Below are positions 1 to 15,000 of a DNA stretch of 64,000 nucleotides, piece by piece. The stretch's first letter is position 1. Each line of letters starts with the position of its first letter. Below the pieces are notes generated by a model. The model did not search any database and was not told the origin of the DNA. It saw only the letters and a list, made by a program, of their open reading frames with translations. Position numbers and translations under genes: made by a program. The DNA comes from Perna viridis (lineage: Eukaryota), in the NCBI GenBank assembly GCA_037379345.1, contig CM074516.1, positions 46,165,626-46,229,625 of the forward strand, written 5' to 3'.

Positions 1-3000
1 ATGGAGGAGTCTATAGCTGATTGGAACAAAGAAGAGGAAGCTAAGTACCAGGCCAAACTTCTCTCACAGGAACTAGATAAAATGAGGTCTGATGAGGAAG
101 AGGCAGCTAAAGCTGAAGCCAAGGCTGCTAAACGAGGCAAATCTCCTGGCAAATCACCCAGTAAGTAGGCAATTAATTCATATTAATAAGGTAAACCTTG
201 GAAAACTTTCTTTTAAGTTGGCAACAATTTAAGAGTCAATCAATGCTGCATTACTGTAAAAAAAAAATTGAACATGTGAAAGTAAGAACAGATACTTAAC
301 ATGTATAAACTGATCGTCAGTGATGACTTTTAACTAGATAATAAGTAGGATAATTAATTGGAAAGAGTGAATAACCAAAATATTATCACAAGTGCCGAAG
401 AACGCCTAGATTTAACAAGGGCTTGGAACTTGCTCCATGCATGAGTTAAATCCTCAAGTATTCTTGGCAGGAGTGATCATATTTTGGTTATTCACGATAA
501 CCAATTGATTATCCTATTTATTACATAGATTTTCTTCATAATTTATCAATATTTTCAACATGAATTTTAAATTCTGTGATTGGTTTATGATATCAAAGTT
601 GTGACGTTTTGGCGGGAGAAAGTGTGTGAGTGAAATTACAAAATTTATTTAACAGTATAAAATATTAAAATTTATTGCACTGGGAACATTCAATAAAACA
701 CTGCTATCTATATAATAAATCTTAAGTATTAGTCATTTTTCTGTTATATTATCCTAGTAAATGTTACCAATAGTAACCTCCTTTGATCTGTTTCACAGGC
801 AGATCTAAGAGTCCAAAAGCTGGATCCCGAGCCAGTAGTCAGGAAAGGTCATCATCTGCTGCTAGTAACATTCTGGTCAGAGCTAATTCGTTGAAGGCTT
901 GGAAGGATGAGCAGGATAGAATTAAGGCAGAGGAAGATGAGAAGGAGAGAGCCAAGAGTGCTAAAAGGTCAAAGTCACCTGGGAAAAAGGTAAGAAAAAT
1001 AATTTATAGGTTGTTGTCAGAACTTTTTTGAGCTACAAGGTCATTCAGATTTTGATGATGTTAAAAAAAAATAATAGTATTAATGAAAATTCAATAATGA
1101 GAGCTTTGAATTCTTGCATTGTAATCAAATTATATTTTTCACAATGATAAGAAAATGACAATAGTTTTTGATGATACTATATCTATAGATTCTCCCTTTG
1201 TAATAATGAGTTGTTTATTTTATTTCTCTACTTATGATAGTCAAATCTTAATTTTACCAGTGGAGTAATCCAACAATGGACTGACAGAGAATCACTTTTC
1301 TATTGAAATCTGTAAAAAACTTGATAAATGTTAATTGGAGGGAGCTCTGTTTGTTGTAACTCAATTAAAATGTTCAGCATGATGAGAAATATCCATAGCC
1401 AAATTTCAGGAAATTCTGGAGTTATTGCTTATTGACCTTTTTGCTGAATTTGATTTTTTTTATTTTCTAAAATCTTTTCCTCTGAAACTACATGACAGAA
1501 TTCAATGAAACTTGGTAGGATTATTTCCTAGGGTTTCTGCATTAAGAATTTGCTTTTATTTTAAATCCCTCAAAAACATGGCCACTGCTAAAAAATGTAG
1601 GGCTCAAACAACTAGAGTGATTTTCTAATACCTCTAGTTAATCAATGGCTGAGAATGGGAGAATTTGTTTTTACTGTCAACTAAAAAACAAGATAATGCA
1701 TACATATTGTGATATGATGGTAGATGCCTGTATAAGTAATAGCAGATTAAAATTATGTCCATATGGCTACTTAAAACTATCAACTTTTTGATTCAGGATG
1801 ATAAGGATAAGAAGAGACCAGGTTCTAGAGGTAGTGCAAAGTCTAAATCATCCCAGGAGAAGGCTGCTGAACCAGAACCAGTCCAAGTCTCTACTCCTGT
1901 TCCTGATGAGTTCTGGCCTGTAAGTATAGTCTTATGCTTAGGCATATTTATTTCACTGGGGTTCAATTTTTTCATATGAATAGTACATGGTACTTGCATT
2001 GGCAAAGAACATGGTTAGAACAAGAAAATAAACCAGTTATATTATATTTCCAAGGACTACTGATCAGGATGAAGTGAAAATACTGATGAAAAGTAAAACA
2101 TATTACAATGACAACACACAAAGACGAAACCTATGATTTAATGAGTGTGTTTGGACTCCATGAAAAACTGTGAGCCAGAAATTGATACATAGTTTCATGA
2201 CATAATCTATCTAGGTGTAATAACTTCTTCTGTTGTCATGGATACTTTTGAACAAATGTTTTCAAGCAGAAGATTTCTTTCCCTTAGAAAAAATTAAAAG
2301 TTTTATCTTGAACATTTGATATATGTATATTTCAGTTTACTGGATATGATGTTGGTAATAAATTGATCCATGTTTCTGGTATAACTACTACACTGTTCCC
2401 ATCAGATGGCGGTCAGATCAGATCAGAGAGAACAGATTTTGTCCAAGGTAATTTTGTTAATTTAGATATTCATTCTGCATAACCATTAATTTGAGTAATT
2501 ATTATTATGATGGATTGGTTTGTGTTGAAGCTTTTTTCCTATGATAGTAAAGGATAAAATGATCATGAAATATTCCTTTGAAAATATAATTCATTTTCAT
2601 TTTTTAACAAATCAATATTTTTTTTTTATCCTGATAGGAACATCCAGTGTTAAAGCTACTTTGTTGAAGGATGGACATTGTTTCTCTGTACATATCTTGG
2701 ATCCTAAAGAGCCTTCAGAGGAGAGCGATGTAGATGATGATGATGATGATGAATCAAAGAAAGATGAAAAGGAAAAATCTGAATATGAGAAATCTGAGAA
2801 AGATGGTAAGAAAAAAGGCTACATGTTGGGTAGTTAAATGAACCCTTTTAGTAAACAATGAAACATTCATTCTGTGACACAACAATTTTAGCCAATTGAA
2901 AAAATAAAACTTTCAGTAAAGGACTAATAGTATTATAATGTTGTCATTTTTGTTTTTATTTTTTTGGAAAAGGTTGTGGGGGGGGGGCAATTGTTGTTTA

Positions 3001-6000
3001 CATAAATAGAACTTTTTCAGACTTAAAACTGACTTTACTTCATCTCATAGGTTTTAATTGCAATTAGAATATTTGATGTCACAATACTTGAAATGAAAAT
3101 GCATTGTCCATAAAATAAAGGCAAAGAAAACTTTATGATCTAACACAACATTATACCTTATCTATGTTTTATACACCCCTCCTTGTGTTCATACCAGTTA
3201 CATATTTACAGATAAATCTATGAAAGATACAGAAAGTGTTGGAATCAGAACTAATATGTCGACTAAGTCTGAGGATAAGAAAACAGCAGTTAGTGCCTTT
3301 GGGTCTATAACAGCTCAGTTGATGGATGGAATGACCCTGGCTCTCAGTCAGTATGGAGAAAGTGGGGCATGTCAAGATGGTAAGAAATTCAGATTTAATT
3401 GAGCATTTTCAATTTATCATTTAATTCCACTGGCCCTTTGGCAGTCATTTTTTTTATTATAATGGCCACTGTATAGGTAACTATTGTATATCTGCTGCAT
3501 TCAGTTTCCATTATACTTTTGTGTGATCAGAGAGAAAAATCTGGCTCATTTTGTTGATGAATAAAATGATTAATAATGACTATAAATGTGGCACTTAATT
3601 GAGACAACTTGTTTTATGGCAAGAGTACCATGAATCTCTATTCTTTTAACCTATATTATAGGTAAAAAATATGAGCCTAAAGAGTATGTACCACCACCAG
3701 CCACTCCAGTTCCTGTTCCACCACCTTCACCTAGTAAGAGTAAAAAGGGAGATAAAAAAGGATCAACACCTGAACCTCCACCTCAGGTGCCTGTAAGTAT
3801 AAGATTAACTTAATCATGGAGCTACATGTTTGACTTGTTATGGAAAAGAAGAGGAACTGTTCTCAGGCAGTTTTCTGTGTGTACTTTTTAGTTCTTTTGC
3901 TTTTTAGCCATTTGATGTACATTTTTTGTACCTTTGGTGTTCTCAGGAATGTTTTATCTATGGATTTCTCCTTGTTTATATCCCTCTGTATTGTTACTTC
4001 ATCATGGCGTGTTTCTCTAACAATCTTGCAACAGAAAATAAAATTGAAGCTTTCACCAAAGAATTGATAAAATTTGTTGGCACGTTTAGTGTTGTTTTAT
4101 ATTGTACATTTATGTTTGTTGCTTGTTTTAGCCACCCGATGAGGATGAAAAAATAGAAGAAGAAAAGAAAGATGAAGAGAAACCTATCACACAGCCATTC
4201 CAGCAGTTATATGTCACCTGTCCAGATGGCCTTAATGTCAAATATCTTCTGGAGAGTTCTATTGGTCAGTTTTCTATATGCAGTGTGGCATAATTCCTCA
4301 ATATCCATAGCAATCAGGCTGTACTACATATTATTTATATTGTCTTTATTAATATGAATATTATATAACATAAATAGACAAATTTACAATTTTGGAAAAT
4401 TGAATTACACATTTGATAGGGTATCAGGGCATATTTTTTTTTCAAATAAAAAATGTGGAATTGCAATATACTTCATAATAATTACCTTTTGATATATATA
4501 GTTTCTAAAAAGTTAATCACTAGGTATGATTTATAATTTGTAATAACGTTTAATAAGGAATTTTGAATGACTATGGTATAATTATGATTTAGGTATGAAA
4601 CCAATGTCAGATGATGACAGAAGATTACTTGTAAAACAGAGTTATCCATTTAAAACCTGCTGTGACCAGGAATGTGAAGCCTCAAGAAAGAAATACATCC
4701 AGTCTGAAGTATCAAGGGTTATCACTTCAGAAGGAACTGTCATTAAAAACATGGTGGATGGCAGTGTTGAGGTATTATGAACTGGATAAATACCACTATG
4801 TTATGTCAGTAATAAACTTAGTTTGTACAACATTCTATTTAGTTGAATTAAAGGATATCCTTTATCCCAGAATCATGCAACTTAACCCATTCATTGATAT
4901 TTTTAAAATATTTCATGACTTAATCAAAAGGAGTAATTTTGTAGGTGTTGTATGCAGATGGTACAATAAGTATCCATACTGGTCATTGGCCACTTCCTCT
5001 TAAAACTCCCAGTTCTACACCAAGACGTGCTGACAGTGCTCGCAGCCAACAAGAAAGAGTAGAAACACCCACCAAGAAGAGTTAGTATAATTATTTAAAA
5101 ATAGCATGTTTTTTTTAAATGAGTGGAATGCCACTTGTGTTGAGTTTGATTCTAAATCAAGTTTGCTATGATTTGAAATGCACTTTAATTGCAATTGTGG
5201 CAGTTTTTGAATGGCTAATTGAGTGAATTATAAAGATACATTTTTGGTGCTATTTTTTAATTTGATCATTAATTTGCTGTGGTGTGGGATGAAGATTAAA
5301 TCAATAAAACAATTTTTCTCATTTTTATACACTTAAATAACTGATCTGCATGCTAGTTTGAGTAAAACCCTGATATTGGTCATTACTTTATTGTAAAATA
5401 CTTTCTGACGCTGATCGTAGGTGATTCTGAAAGTAATCCTGGAAGTGGTATGTATGGAGTTACCTCCCTTCAGTTTTTTCCTTTTAAACTTAATTGTGTG
5501 CATCATCTGATTGTTGCTTGAAATTTAAATATATCTGAAATTTCTAAGAGAGAGGTAGCTTTATGTGTTTTCATTCTTTAGTTTGATTTATTTGAAAATT
5601 CTCACATGTTGTGATACATGTATATACAGGGAATGATTCCATTTGACCTTCCCTTTATTTAACTGTTTACCCTAAACCTATTTTTAACCAATTACTACAT
5701 GGGGTAATACTGGTAATTAAATAACTGTTAGGCTTATAAATTATGGTTTGAATTATGAAGTCTTATAATAATATTGGATGATTAACTGTCTCTAAATTCC
5801 CTTTTAGGATTTATAAGTAAATTATAAAAGTTCAGTTTTTTTTTGTTATGGGCCTTGTTGCATGAGAAGACCATTCCATATTATCTAAAGATTTTTCCCA
5901 TAAACTGTTTTGTTCAGACTAACTGTTATTTTATTTGTTGAATTTACACTGATTTTGCTTTCAGAGTTTTCGTTGAGTTATTTTGATTATTTTAAATTCA

Positions 6001-9000
6001 TTTTGTAGCACATTTTTATTTAACCTGGCTATGAACTTTGTGTTTAGTATTTACCAATATATAAAAATATTTTAACACAGATTTTTTTAGGCTGTTTATA
6101 TAATATACACTTAATAGAATAATAAATAGTTAGCTGTATAACAAATCCATGATTTTTGTTTATTTTTAAAGTACATGAAAAACTTCTCTATGATGCATAA
6201 ATTCAAATGTTATCCTTACTATAACAATTTTTAAAATATATGCATACCATAATGTACAAATATAACAAGAACTTAACCCTTGTAGTCACATACTTCTGAA
6301 CAACTGATAGTGCTCAGCATATATTTTCTTATTGTGTTGGTGATTATGATTAATTTCTATTACAGCAGCAGGGAAAGCATCGAAGGGAAGTAAACCAGTG
6401 CCAGAAAAAACTGAAGAAGAAAAGGAAGAAGAGAAGGTTGGAATATGGACAACTACATACCCCAGTGGAGAGAAAATCCAGTCAAAAGAAGGTGTCGACA
6501 CAGAGGAACTTAAATCTGTCATGATCTGTGTAGCTACTGACCCTGAGACCAACCAGGTAATATATCATATGAAGAAAGTTTTAAATCATTGAATCATTTA
6601 AATCCACTTACAGAATCCCAGAGCATTTTTAAGACACTTCTTATGTATCTTACATATCACTTTATCAGCATTTATAATCATAACTGTTATATTCTGTCTG
6701 TAAGATTATAACTAAAGTAAAATATCTTTATCTACAGACAATGGCCTCCAGAGATGATCATGTTATCACTATTAGTTACCCAGATGGCACCACTATTGTA
6801 GAACATGCTGATGGAACTCGTATAACAACATACTACCGTGAGAACCAGATCACTAGAAGTGGGGAAGAATCTTATGAAGGTAATGTTGAACAGTGCTGAA
6901 GTAATAAAACTGTATATGTTGAAGGACCAATCAGATCTTGCTGTTTAGTCTTGAGTTGAACTCCATGTTGAAGGTTTAATACTGTCCACTTGTTATATTA
7001 GCTATTGAACAGTTTGTCATATCACCTCGTAGGTCCTTGTATCATAGGCATTCCCTCTGTGTCTTTGCTTCTCTATTGTAATTCCCCTGATAAAAAAAAT
7101 TTAAAGCTTTAAGAAGCTGGGATATGTTTTTTTGCTTTTTCACATATGAAGTAGAATATGAAATGTCTTACATTCTTTTGTAATTTATTTATAGATGTAA
7201 TGTTCATTTTTTTTAATTATTTCTAATTAGTGTGTTCTATATGCATTGGTGAAATTATAACATTTAAGTTGATTTAATTGCAGGTGAAGAAAAAGAAATA
7301 GAGTTACAGACAATAAAGTTTGTGAAAGTTGAATGTCCAGCCTATGCTACAGTAGAATTCAACAGTGTTACAAGTGAAAATCTGACAATATTTGGTAATG
7401 GAACAACTATTAACGTGTTCCCTGATGGATATTATATGTTACATCATTACGATGGTGGACGTGTTGAGGTAGATACTGAGGGGATGGTGACATATTACCC
7501 TCGTCCTAATAAGATCACAGAACAGATGATACCAGAGAGAGATCTCCAGTATGTCATGAGGCATAATGCTGACATAATTGTAGAAAGTGTTGATCCTGAG
7601 GGAAATGTCTTCAATGTTAAGTCCAATGGAGATTTTGCTGTAATGCCCATCAATGAAGATGATCTATCAGAAACAAGTCAGGGCAGTGATAGGAAACTGA
7701 TGACATTCAAGGAACATGCTCCAAGGTTCTTTATTGTTCATGCTGATGGCAGTGGTACTGAATTGATGAGGTATCAGGACGTTGCTGAATACCTTAATAA
7801 TGCCGAGCAGAGTCCAGCTACAGCTGTACTTCGTGATGATCTGCCTGACTACCCAGGTGTCACCGGCATTACTGTACTCAAACCATACATTGGTGGTCTG
7901 TCAGATATCTGGTTCAAGAAATACGACCAGGAGTCTATCATTCCACAAGGCATTAGAAGTCGTGATTTGTCTTCACTGCCACCTAAAGAGTTCAAAACAC
8001 CAGGACCTAAATATGGAACCACCTTGGGCCAAGGGCTGAATGTTGGCACTGTGTCTAAACAGCAGGCCAGAATTCCTATACTGAAATGTCCAAACAAATT
8101 AGAACTCAGACAGCTGATACAATATAAACCAGTTTCTAACCAGCTCAGGGATCAGTAAGTATTGACCATTTTATAAAAAGCAATTTTTACAGTTTATAAA
8201 ACATAATAATATCTCCTTATTAAAGTTAAAGAAAACTATAATTCATAAGTTTTGTTCTGAATGAATAATAACTACACATAGTACCAATTTAAAGAAAAAT
8301 CTTGTGTATTTATGAATTAAAAAAGACTTTGTATGCATATAATATAATACCAATATATTACATGCTTACAGACTGCAGGCTGGACTTAAGGAGTATGCTG
8401 AGTTTGTTATCAATAGAAATAAAACAACTGAGTTTATCCAGCCAATAGACCCCAGGACTGATGAAGAGAAAATACATGCTGCAGACCTTCAGGAGATGGG
8501 TCTCAATGCTACTTCCTCCCCTATATTTGAACCAGGTATGAAAATGCAGATTACAAAATACCTGTATGAGCATGAGTGAAATTTTCAGGAATTGTTGATT
8601 TTTTTAAATGTTTTAAATACAGAACAATGACATTTTTTAATTCAAAACCGAAAATAACACAATGAGTTTTATATGGCAAGATGTGATGTTCTGTGGGGAA
8701 GTTCAAAGCTGGCAGTATTTTGTTTGTCAATGATGTCACTGTTGATTTTATGTAACATACTCATACACAATTGTAGATATTTTATGGTATCACACCATTA
8801 GCATGAAATTGAAAATATCAGGCAGTAAGAACACTAGAAAAACGATAAAGTTGAAGTTAAACATTTATAATAATCTAGCTTGTTTTCTGTAATCAGTACA
8901 AACTTTCTCTAGTTCTACCTCCAGTTCATGGAGTTGCTTGTCTGAGACTAACCACTGGGTACAAACCAAAAATGGAACACAAATCTGTGGAACAAACTGT

Positions 9001-12000
9001 GTAATGGAAAACTTCTCCTGTCTTTGAATTTTTTGAAATCATCATTTCACTATTTTATATTTCTATAACCACAATTGTCACTTTATAGATAATGTGAAGG
9101 ACATCTATGAGAAGGCAATGACTCCTCCTGCTCCCAGTCCCCCTCCAACACCCCAGCCAAAGAGGACCAAAGCTGACTGGGAAAGGGACCAGAGAGAACT
9201 AGCCGAGGAGCAGGAAGGGAGAAACTCACTCAAAAATAAGAAAATACCAGCTTACTTTGACAGTGAATTTGGAAAAGCATTTTTACTATCACAGGTATAT
9301 TAATTTCACATACAATTCAAGTTGAAATTGAAAGTTGTTAGCAGGAACAAAAATCTGATGTAAACTCTTCACTACTTGTGGTAATTAAGTACAATTTATC
9401 TACATATTTGATATTGAAATGTTGGTCTTACATTCCTTTTATAGTGTAGTAGGCTTAATACCAATAAATCTTTGAAAACAATACCTGGTTTCAAGAATGA
9501 TTTAAAATCAAAGTTTCTTGTTTAACACTACTTAACAAAATAATTGACCTCAATTTCCTTATTTGTTCAAGGCCAAAGATGTAGATGACATACTGCAACA
9601 GTTATCTGAAGATCCACGTAAAGATGGTACAGAGGCTGTCCGTGGTAATTCCTCTAATCAGAGTAACAAGGACCAGATCAGCCCTGTCACTAGTGCACAT
9701 CCTGCTAGGTGTAAGTTAAATCTTGTCAATATACAAACACTGGTGCACATCCTGCTAGGTGTAAGTTAAATTTGGACAATAAACATCAGTCCAGTCACTA
9801 GTGCACATTTTGTTAGGTGTAAGATAAATTTTGGCAATAAATAAACACATGTTGCACATACTGCTAGGTGTAAGTTCTGAACACTAAATAAACCCTTTTG
9901 CACACCCTGTTAGATGTAAATTTAATTTGGACAATAAACACTAGTTCTGTCACTATTGCAAATCTGGCAAATAAACAAACTTGGGACGATCCTTTTTTTA
10001 TGCTTAGTATCGAGAATCTTCCTTTTACTTACCCCATGTCTAAATATTGAGAGTTTCTTCATATCAATGTGAATTATATGTAATTTTTTAAGCTCCTATT
10101 TAGCGTTGCCAGACTTTTGTGTATGTTGATGGGCCTTACATGAGGAATATCAGGATCTGCATGTAGGGTTCAGCATTGTTATCACATTCGAAGTTTAGTT
10201 CCAATCTACACATTTTGTTAATCCTTATTCTAATATGGCATGCTTTAGACCACAGCCATGGTAATTAAATGATAAACATATGTCAACATCATAGACGTAT
10301 GATGCTCTAATTTTAACCAATTTTACAGACTCACAATGGAATTTTACTCCAAAGCAGTTGCCAATTCATGCAACATGGTTGTTTATATCCCAAAATATGG
10401 AGATACTAGTCCTATTAGAATCGAAATAAATCATGGAAACTCCATACTATCATTGATATACCACAGGCTGGCAATTTATGTTGTTATATAACCCCACGCT
10501 ATCACTCAGGGTAAAACAATACGATCTAAAATTGGGCAGCCCATAGTAAAACAATGATAAAATAGGAGTGTCCATGATTTATTTCTTAAAATATACATCC
10601 CTTATTTTAGTCCTTATCAGCTATGTTAAACCTGCTATTTCATATTTGCTTTGTACACATTATATACTGGTGGATGGAATATTATTTGCACATTATATTT
10701 TGATTTTTAGCACTAGCTGCAGTCACATCTGGACAGAGTGATCGGTCCAGTGCTTCCCCTGGCGAGCCCCTTACACAAAAACCTGCTCCAGGGACCCCAA
10801 TGTCTTACTCAGGTAATCATTTCACATTTTTTCATTTCTTTAAGTCTTGCATAACAATGAAAAATAAGATTTTATAACAGTGTTTCAAGTATTACATCAA
10901 ATTTTGCATGCAAGGACACAATGGTTATACATTAGTCAGCTTTTCTTTACTTGTTTTGTATTTGTTTTATATTATCCATTCCTATTTTTTAGTAATGTAA
11001 ACATAAAAACTAGTGTCCCCCTTTTGGTAGAGAAGATTTAAAATGATACTGCCTTGATTTACAGTATACCCTGAAACTGTGCCTTCTAGAGGAGGTATAC
11101 GCCCAGGTAACCCCACCCCAGCACATGCAGCAGGTCAGGGGTCACCAGCACCTATCAGGCCAGACAATCCTACCCCAGTACATGCAGGAAAAACTGTTGG
11201 TGGTAGGCCTAGTATGTATTATTGGAAAAAGCATTGTTATCAGAAGCAAAACTTATTATTTACTTTTTATATTGTTATTAGGTAATTTGAACTGGATGCT
11301 TAATGTAAATGATGGTAGATTCATATTTACAATATATTTCATTGTAAAATAGCTTTTTGCATAACTGCACTGCTTTTTAAATATACAATACACTGAGCAA
11401 ACATATAGATGCTGCTTCTTTACTCATATTGGTACGGGATTTAAAATTGCACTATGTCATTTATTTTCTCCATTTTAGCCAATCCTACACCTAAGCATGC
11501 TGGAGGTATGGAATCTCCCTCGGATCTGCCATCTCAAGTTGACTACCCTGCAGTAATAATGGAACATCCCACGCTGGAGGAAGGGTGTAAGTCTGAGCAT
11601 AGTTTCTTTCTCAAATCACTTATGAAATTATGTAGATGCAAAAGGCAATACATGATGATATAAACTTTCAAAGTTAATTTTGTAATTTATAACTCTTTTC
11701 TTAGGAAAAAAGGAGGACGTTGTTACCATTGGACTAATTGTGACATAGGTTTTTTTAATCTTTTAGAATAGTTTACAAAAGGATGAAATTTTCTTTATGA
11801 GGGTCATGAAAATAGAGTCTAAAATAAATTGTATTAAATGAAGTTAGAAATAAAGTGAGTACCATATTTTGGTGTGTATAATGCACATTTATGTATTGTG
11901 TGCAGTGCAATTTTGAAGGTCAAAACATGTGAAAAAAAGTTTTTTTAGACATAGATTGCAGTAAAATTTTGTAAGACAGAAGATCGATATTTTGCACTTG

Positions 12001-15000
12001 ATCGGTCAATTTATGTACTTTGATCAAGTATTTCCTACGTAAATGTGAAGGAAAGAAACTTATTTTCACACTTTAACATCATGTTAAGATCAGTAGCTAC
12101 ATAAATTGGAAAATTTTAATTTTGAAGCATGATAAAATTGACACAGGATGCATGAAATGGCTTATAAAACAAAATCAAAGGTCGGGAAAATTGGACATTT
12201 CCAGTTTTGGTTGTTACTCAAATTTTGTAATTTTTCTTTTCAAAACATACTTAAAAGAAAGAAAATTGATAGAAACAATCAACATAAGTTTCAAATTAGC
12301 CATTTTTAGCTGCAAAAGCTTTCAATAAGGAGGGTTTGACAAAAAAAGGACTTTGTTACTTATTGGTTTTCAGTCGTTTCATTTTAATCTCTAAGCATGT
12401 TTTAAGAAAGAAATATTGTACCACCTATATCTGAAACATGTTATTAATACATTCAAACTTGATTTGAAGACAATATCTTTTAAAATTCAATTCTTAAAGA
12501 TGTTTTTGATAATTATATAAACTTTCTTTCAGTAACTTATCACTTCCAGTTTGTTTGTTTACATTACGCAATCTCTTTTCTCTTATAAAAATCTTTTATT
12601 TCTTGGCCAAATCTTACATATTGAGGCATAATACAAACTCTCATTGACTGGAAATTAAATATGCACATAATACACACCAAAATACAATTCTTCAGATCAT
12701 GACAATATTGTAGAAATGGTTGTATATATAGTATGTTTTGTCTGTCTACAGATACCCAGGATGAGATTGTTACTGGAGGGGACCAGGATGATAACATGAT
12801 CCGAAGTCTGAAGATGGATGTTACAGGACAGCCTCGTAGGAACCCAGTACCTGTACCTCCTAAAGGTGGAAAACCTGGGGCTATACCTAACACTAGGGTA
12901 GGTCATATATAACCTGGTGCTGTATTTAAAACTAGGTTATGTCACATAAAACCTGAGGCTATACTTAACACTAGGGTATGTCACATAAAACCTGGGGCTA
13001 TACTTAACACTAGGGTATGTCTCATAAAACCTGGGGCTATACTTAACACTAGGGTATGTCACATAAAACCTGGTGCTGTATTTAACACTAAGGTATGTCA
13101 CATAAAACCTGGGACTATACTTAACACTAGGGTATATCACATAAAACCTGGGGCTATGCTTAACACTAGATTATGTCACATAAAACCTTGGGCTATACTT
13201 AACACTAGGGTATGTCATATAAAACCTGAGGCTATACTTAACACTAGGGTATGTCACATAATAACCTGGTGCTGTATTTAACACTAGGGTATGTCACATA
13301 AAACCTGGGGCTATACTTAACATTAGGGTATGTCACATAAAACCTGGGGCTATACTTAAGACTATGGTATGTTACATAAAACCTGGTGCTGTATTTAACA
13401 CTAGGGTATGTCACATAAAACCTGGGACTATACTTGACACTAGGGTATGTCACATAAAACCTGGGACTATACTTAACACTAGAGTATGTCACATAAAAAC
13501 CTGGGGCTATACATAACTTACCTTAAGGGGCATACTTAATCACGTATGATTTGCATTGAGAAAACATACCACATTCTGTCTTTAACATGGCCAGACAACT
13601 AATTTAGATTAATTCTGAAAAACAGAACCAACAACAACAACAACAACAGGCATTTAGTATAAAATAAAGGACCTTGAGTTATCAATGATATCCTGTTTAT
13701 CAAGTTCCCAGATACATGGCTAGAGAGAATCATTTAAATATTTGTTCTTAGTATTAATTGTGTGGTTTGAATGTAATACAAAACTTTAGATTTGGTTTCT
13801 GTTTTATTTTTAGTTTCAAATGGTTGAAGATCCAGTTAAAAGAAAAACAAAGAACTCTCTGACTGTAGGCTCATCAGTCAAAGGTCAAATGGAGTTGAAT
13901 CAGATGAAAGGACTTATACTGCTGCCCCTGGAGGCAGACTTTGGAGTGTTGAAGGAGGGCAATACATACAGCTATACTGTCAACTTGAAAAATACTGGTG
14001 TAGAGTCATGTCGGTTCAAACTAAAACAACCACCCCCTTCAACTGGTCTCCGAGTGGTATATAAACCAGGACCAGTAAGTGTTAATATATAATGACTTAA
14101 GGTAGATCAAACCTATCACAGCATTCTTTTCTGTTTTCTTGTAAAATCATTCAGAAGTATGTAATGAGCAAATAGTGTTTGAAAAGATGCAAAAAACTTG
14201 TCTTCAAATTATTCAAATAGAATTTTTTGGCATAAACTTTTATATGGTAAAATTACAAACATTAATTTTATTAATCTTCTTTCAAGGCGAGATAATTGAC
14301 ATAAATATTTTCTGTATAAATATAATGAGAATTTTAGTTTTTTTAATATTACAAAAACAACTACAGTGACCCTCAATTTTCTTTTTGAAAAATGAAATAA
14401 TGACAGATGACTGTTCTGTATACAAACTTATAAGGAATATTATCGACCAGTTTTTAGTATCAAGAGAAACTGTGAAAATATATAGAATGTTGTAAAAATT
14501 GCATTAATTTAGGCTCAATTATCTCTAACATTGAGTTTAGTGTCCTATGTTTTTATCTTAAAATTTAACAGTATGCTTGTTCAAGGTCAACTTTGAGCAA
14601 AAATAGAAAAATCTATCTGTTAAAATTATTATGTATAATCTACAGAAAGTTTCTGATGAATTGAATAAATATGAAACATTGCTGGATATATATTTGTCAA
14701 CATTTATTTAGATTGCAGCAGGAATGAAGAGAGAGTTGAATCTAGAGATATATGCTATAGCTGTAGGAGTTGAAGGTGAATCAGGGGTTGGTTCAGTAAG
14801 TCATGACCTTGAGATTGTCACAGAAACAGATGTCCTATTCCTACCAATATCAGCAACAGTTCTAACAGCCTATGAGTATGAGAACAGAGAACCCAATAGT
14901 CCACATGGAGTTCAGTCTCCTGGTACCAAACTGGTTTCTCTCAGACCCCCAGCTACAACGGGTATCATCAGACCTAGGAAGGAATCAGTTCTATCAGGTA

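Noticed and set aside
1-160. ATG at position 1 as the gene start
   Set aside because: The encoded region corresponds to the middle of SPAG17, so the window most likely starts inside an exon.
12937-13492. Minus-strand ORFs with VTYPSVKYSPRFY repeats
   Set aside because: Translation of the 39-bp repeat, antisense within a SPAG17 intron.
12870-13512. CRISPR-like appearance of the 28-45-bp arrays (also 17335-22620, 22874-23140, 28464-28762, 60370-60850)
   Set aside because: Units are head-to-tail with no unique spacers, no cas genes are present, and the context is eukaryotic.
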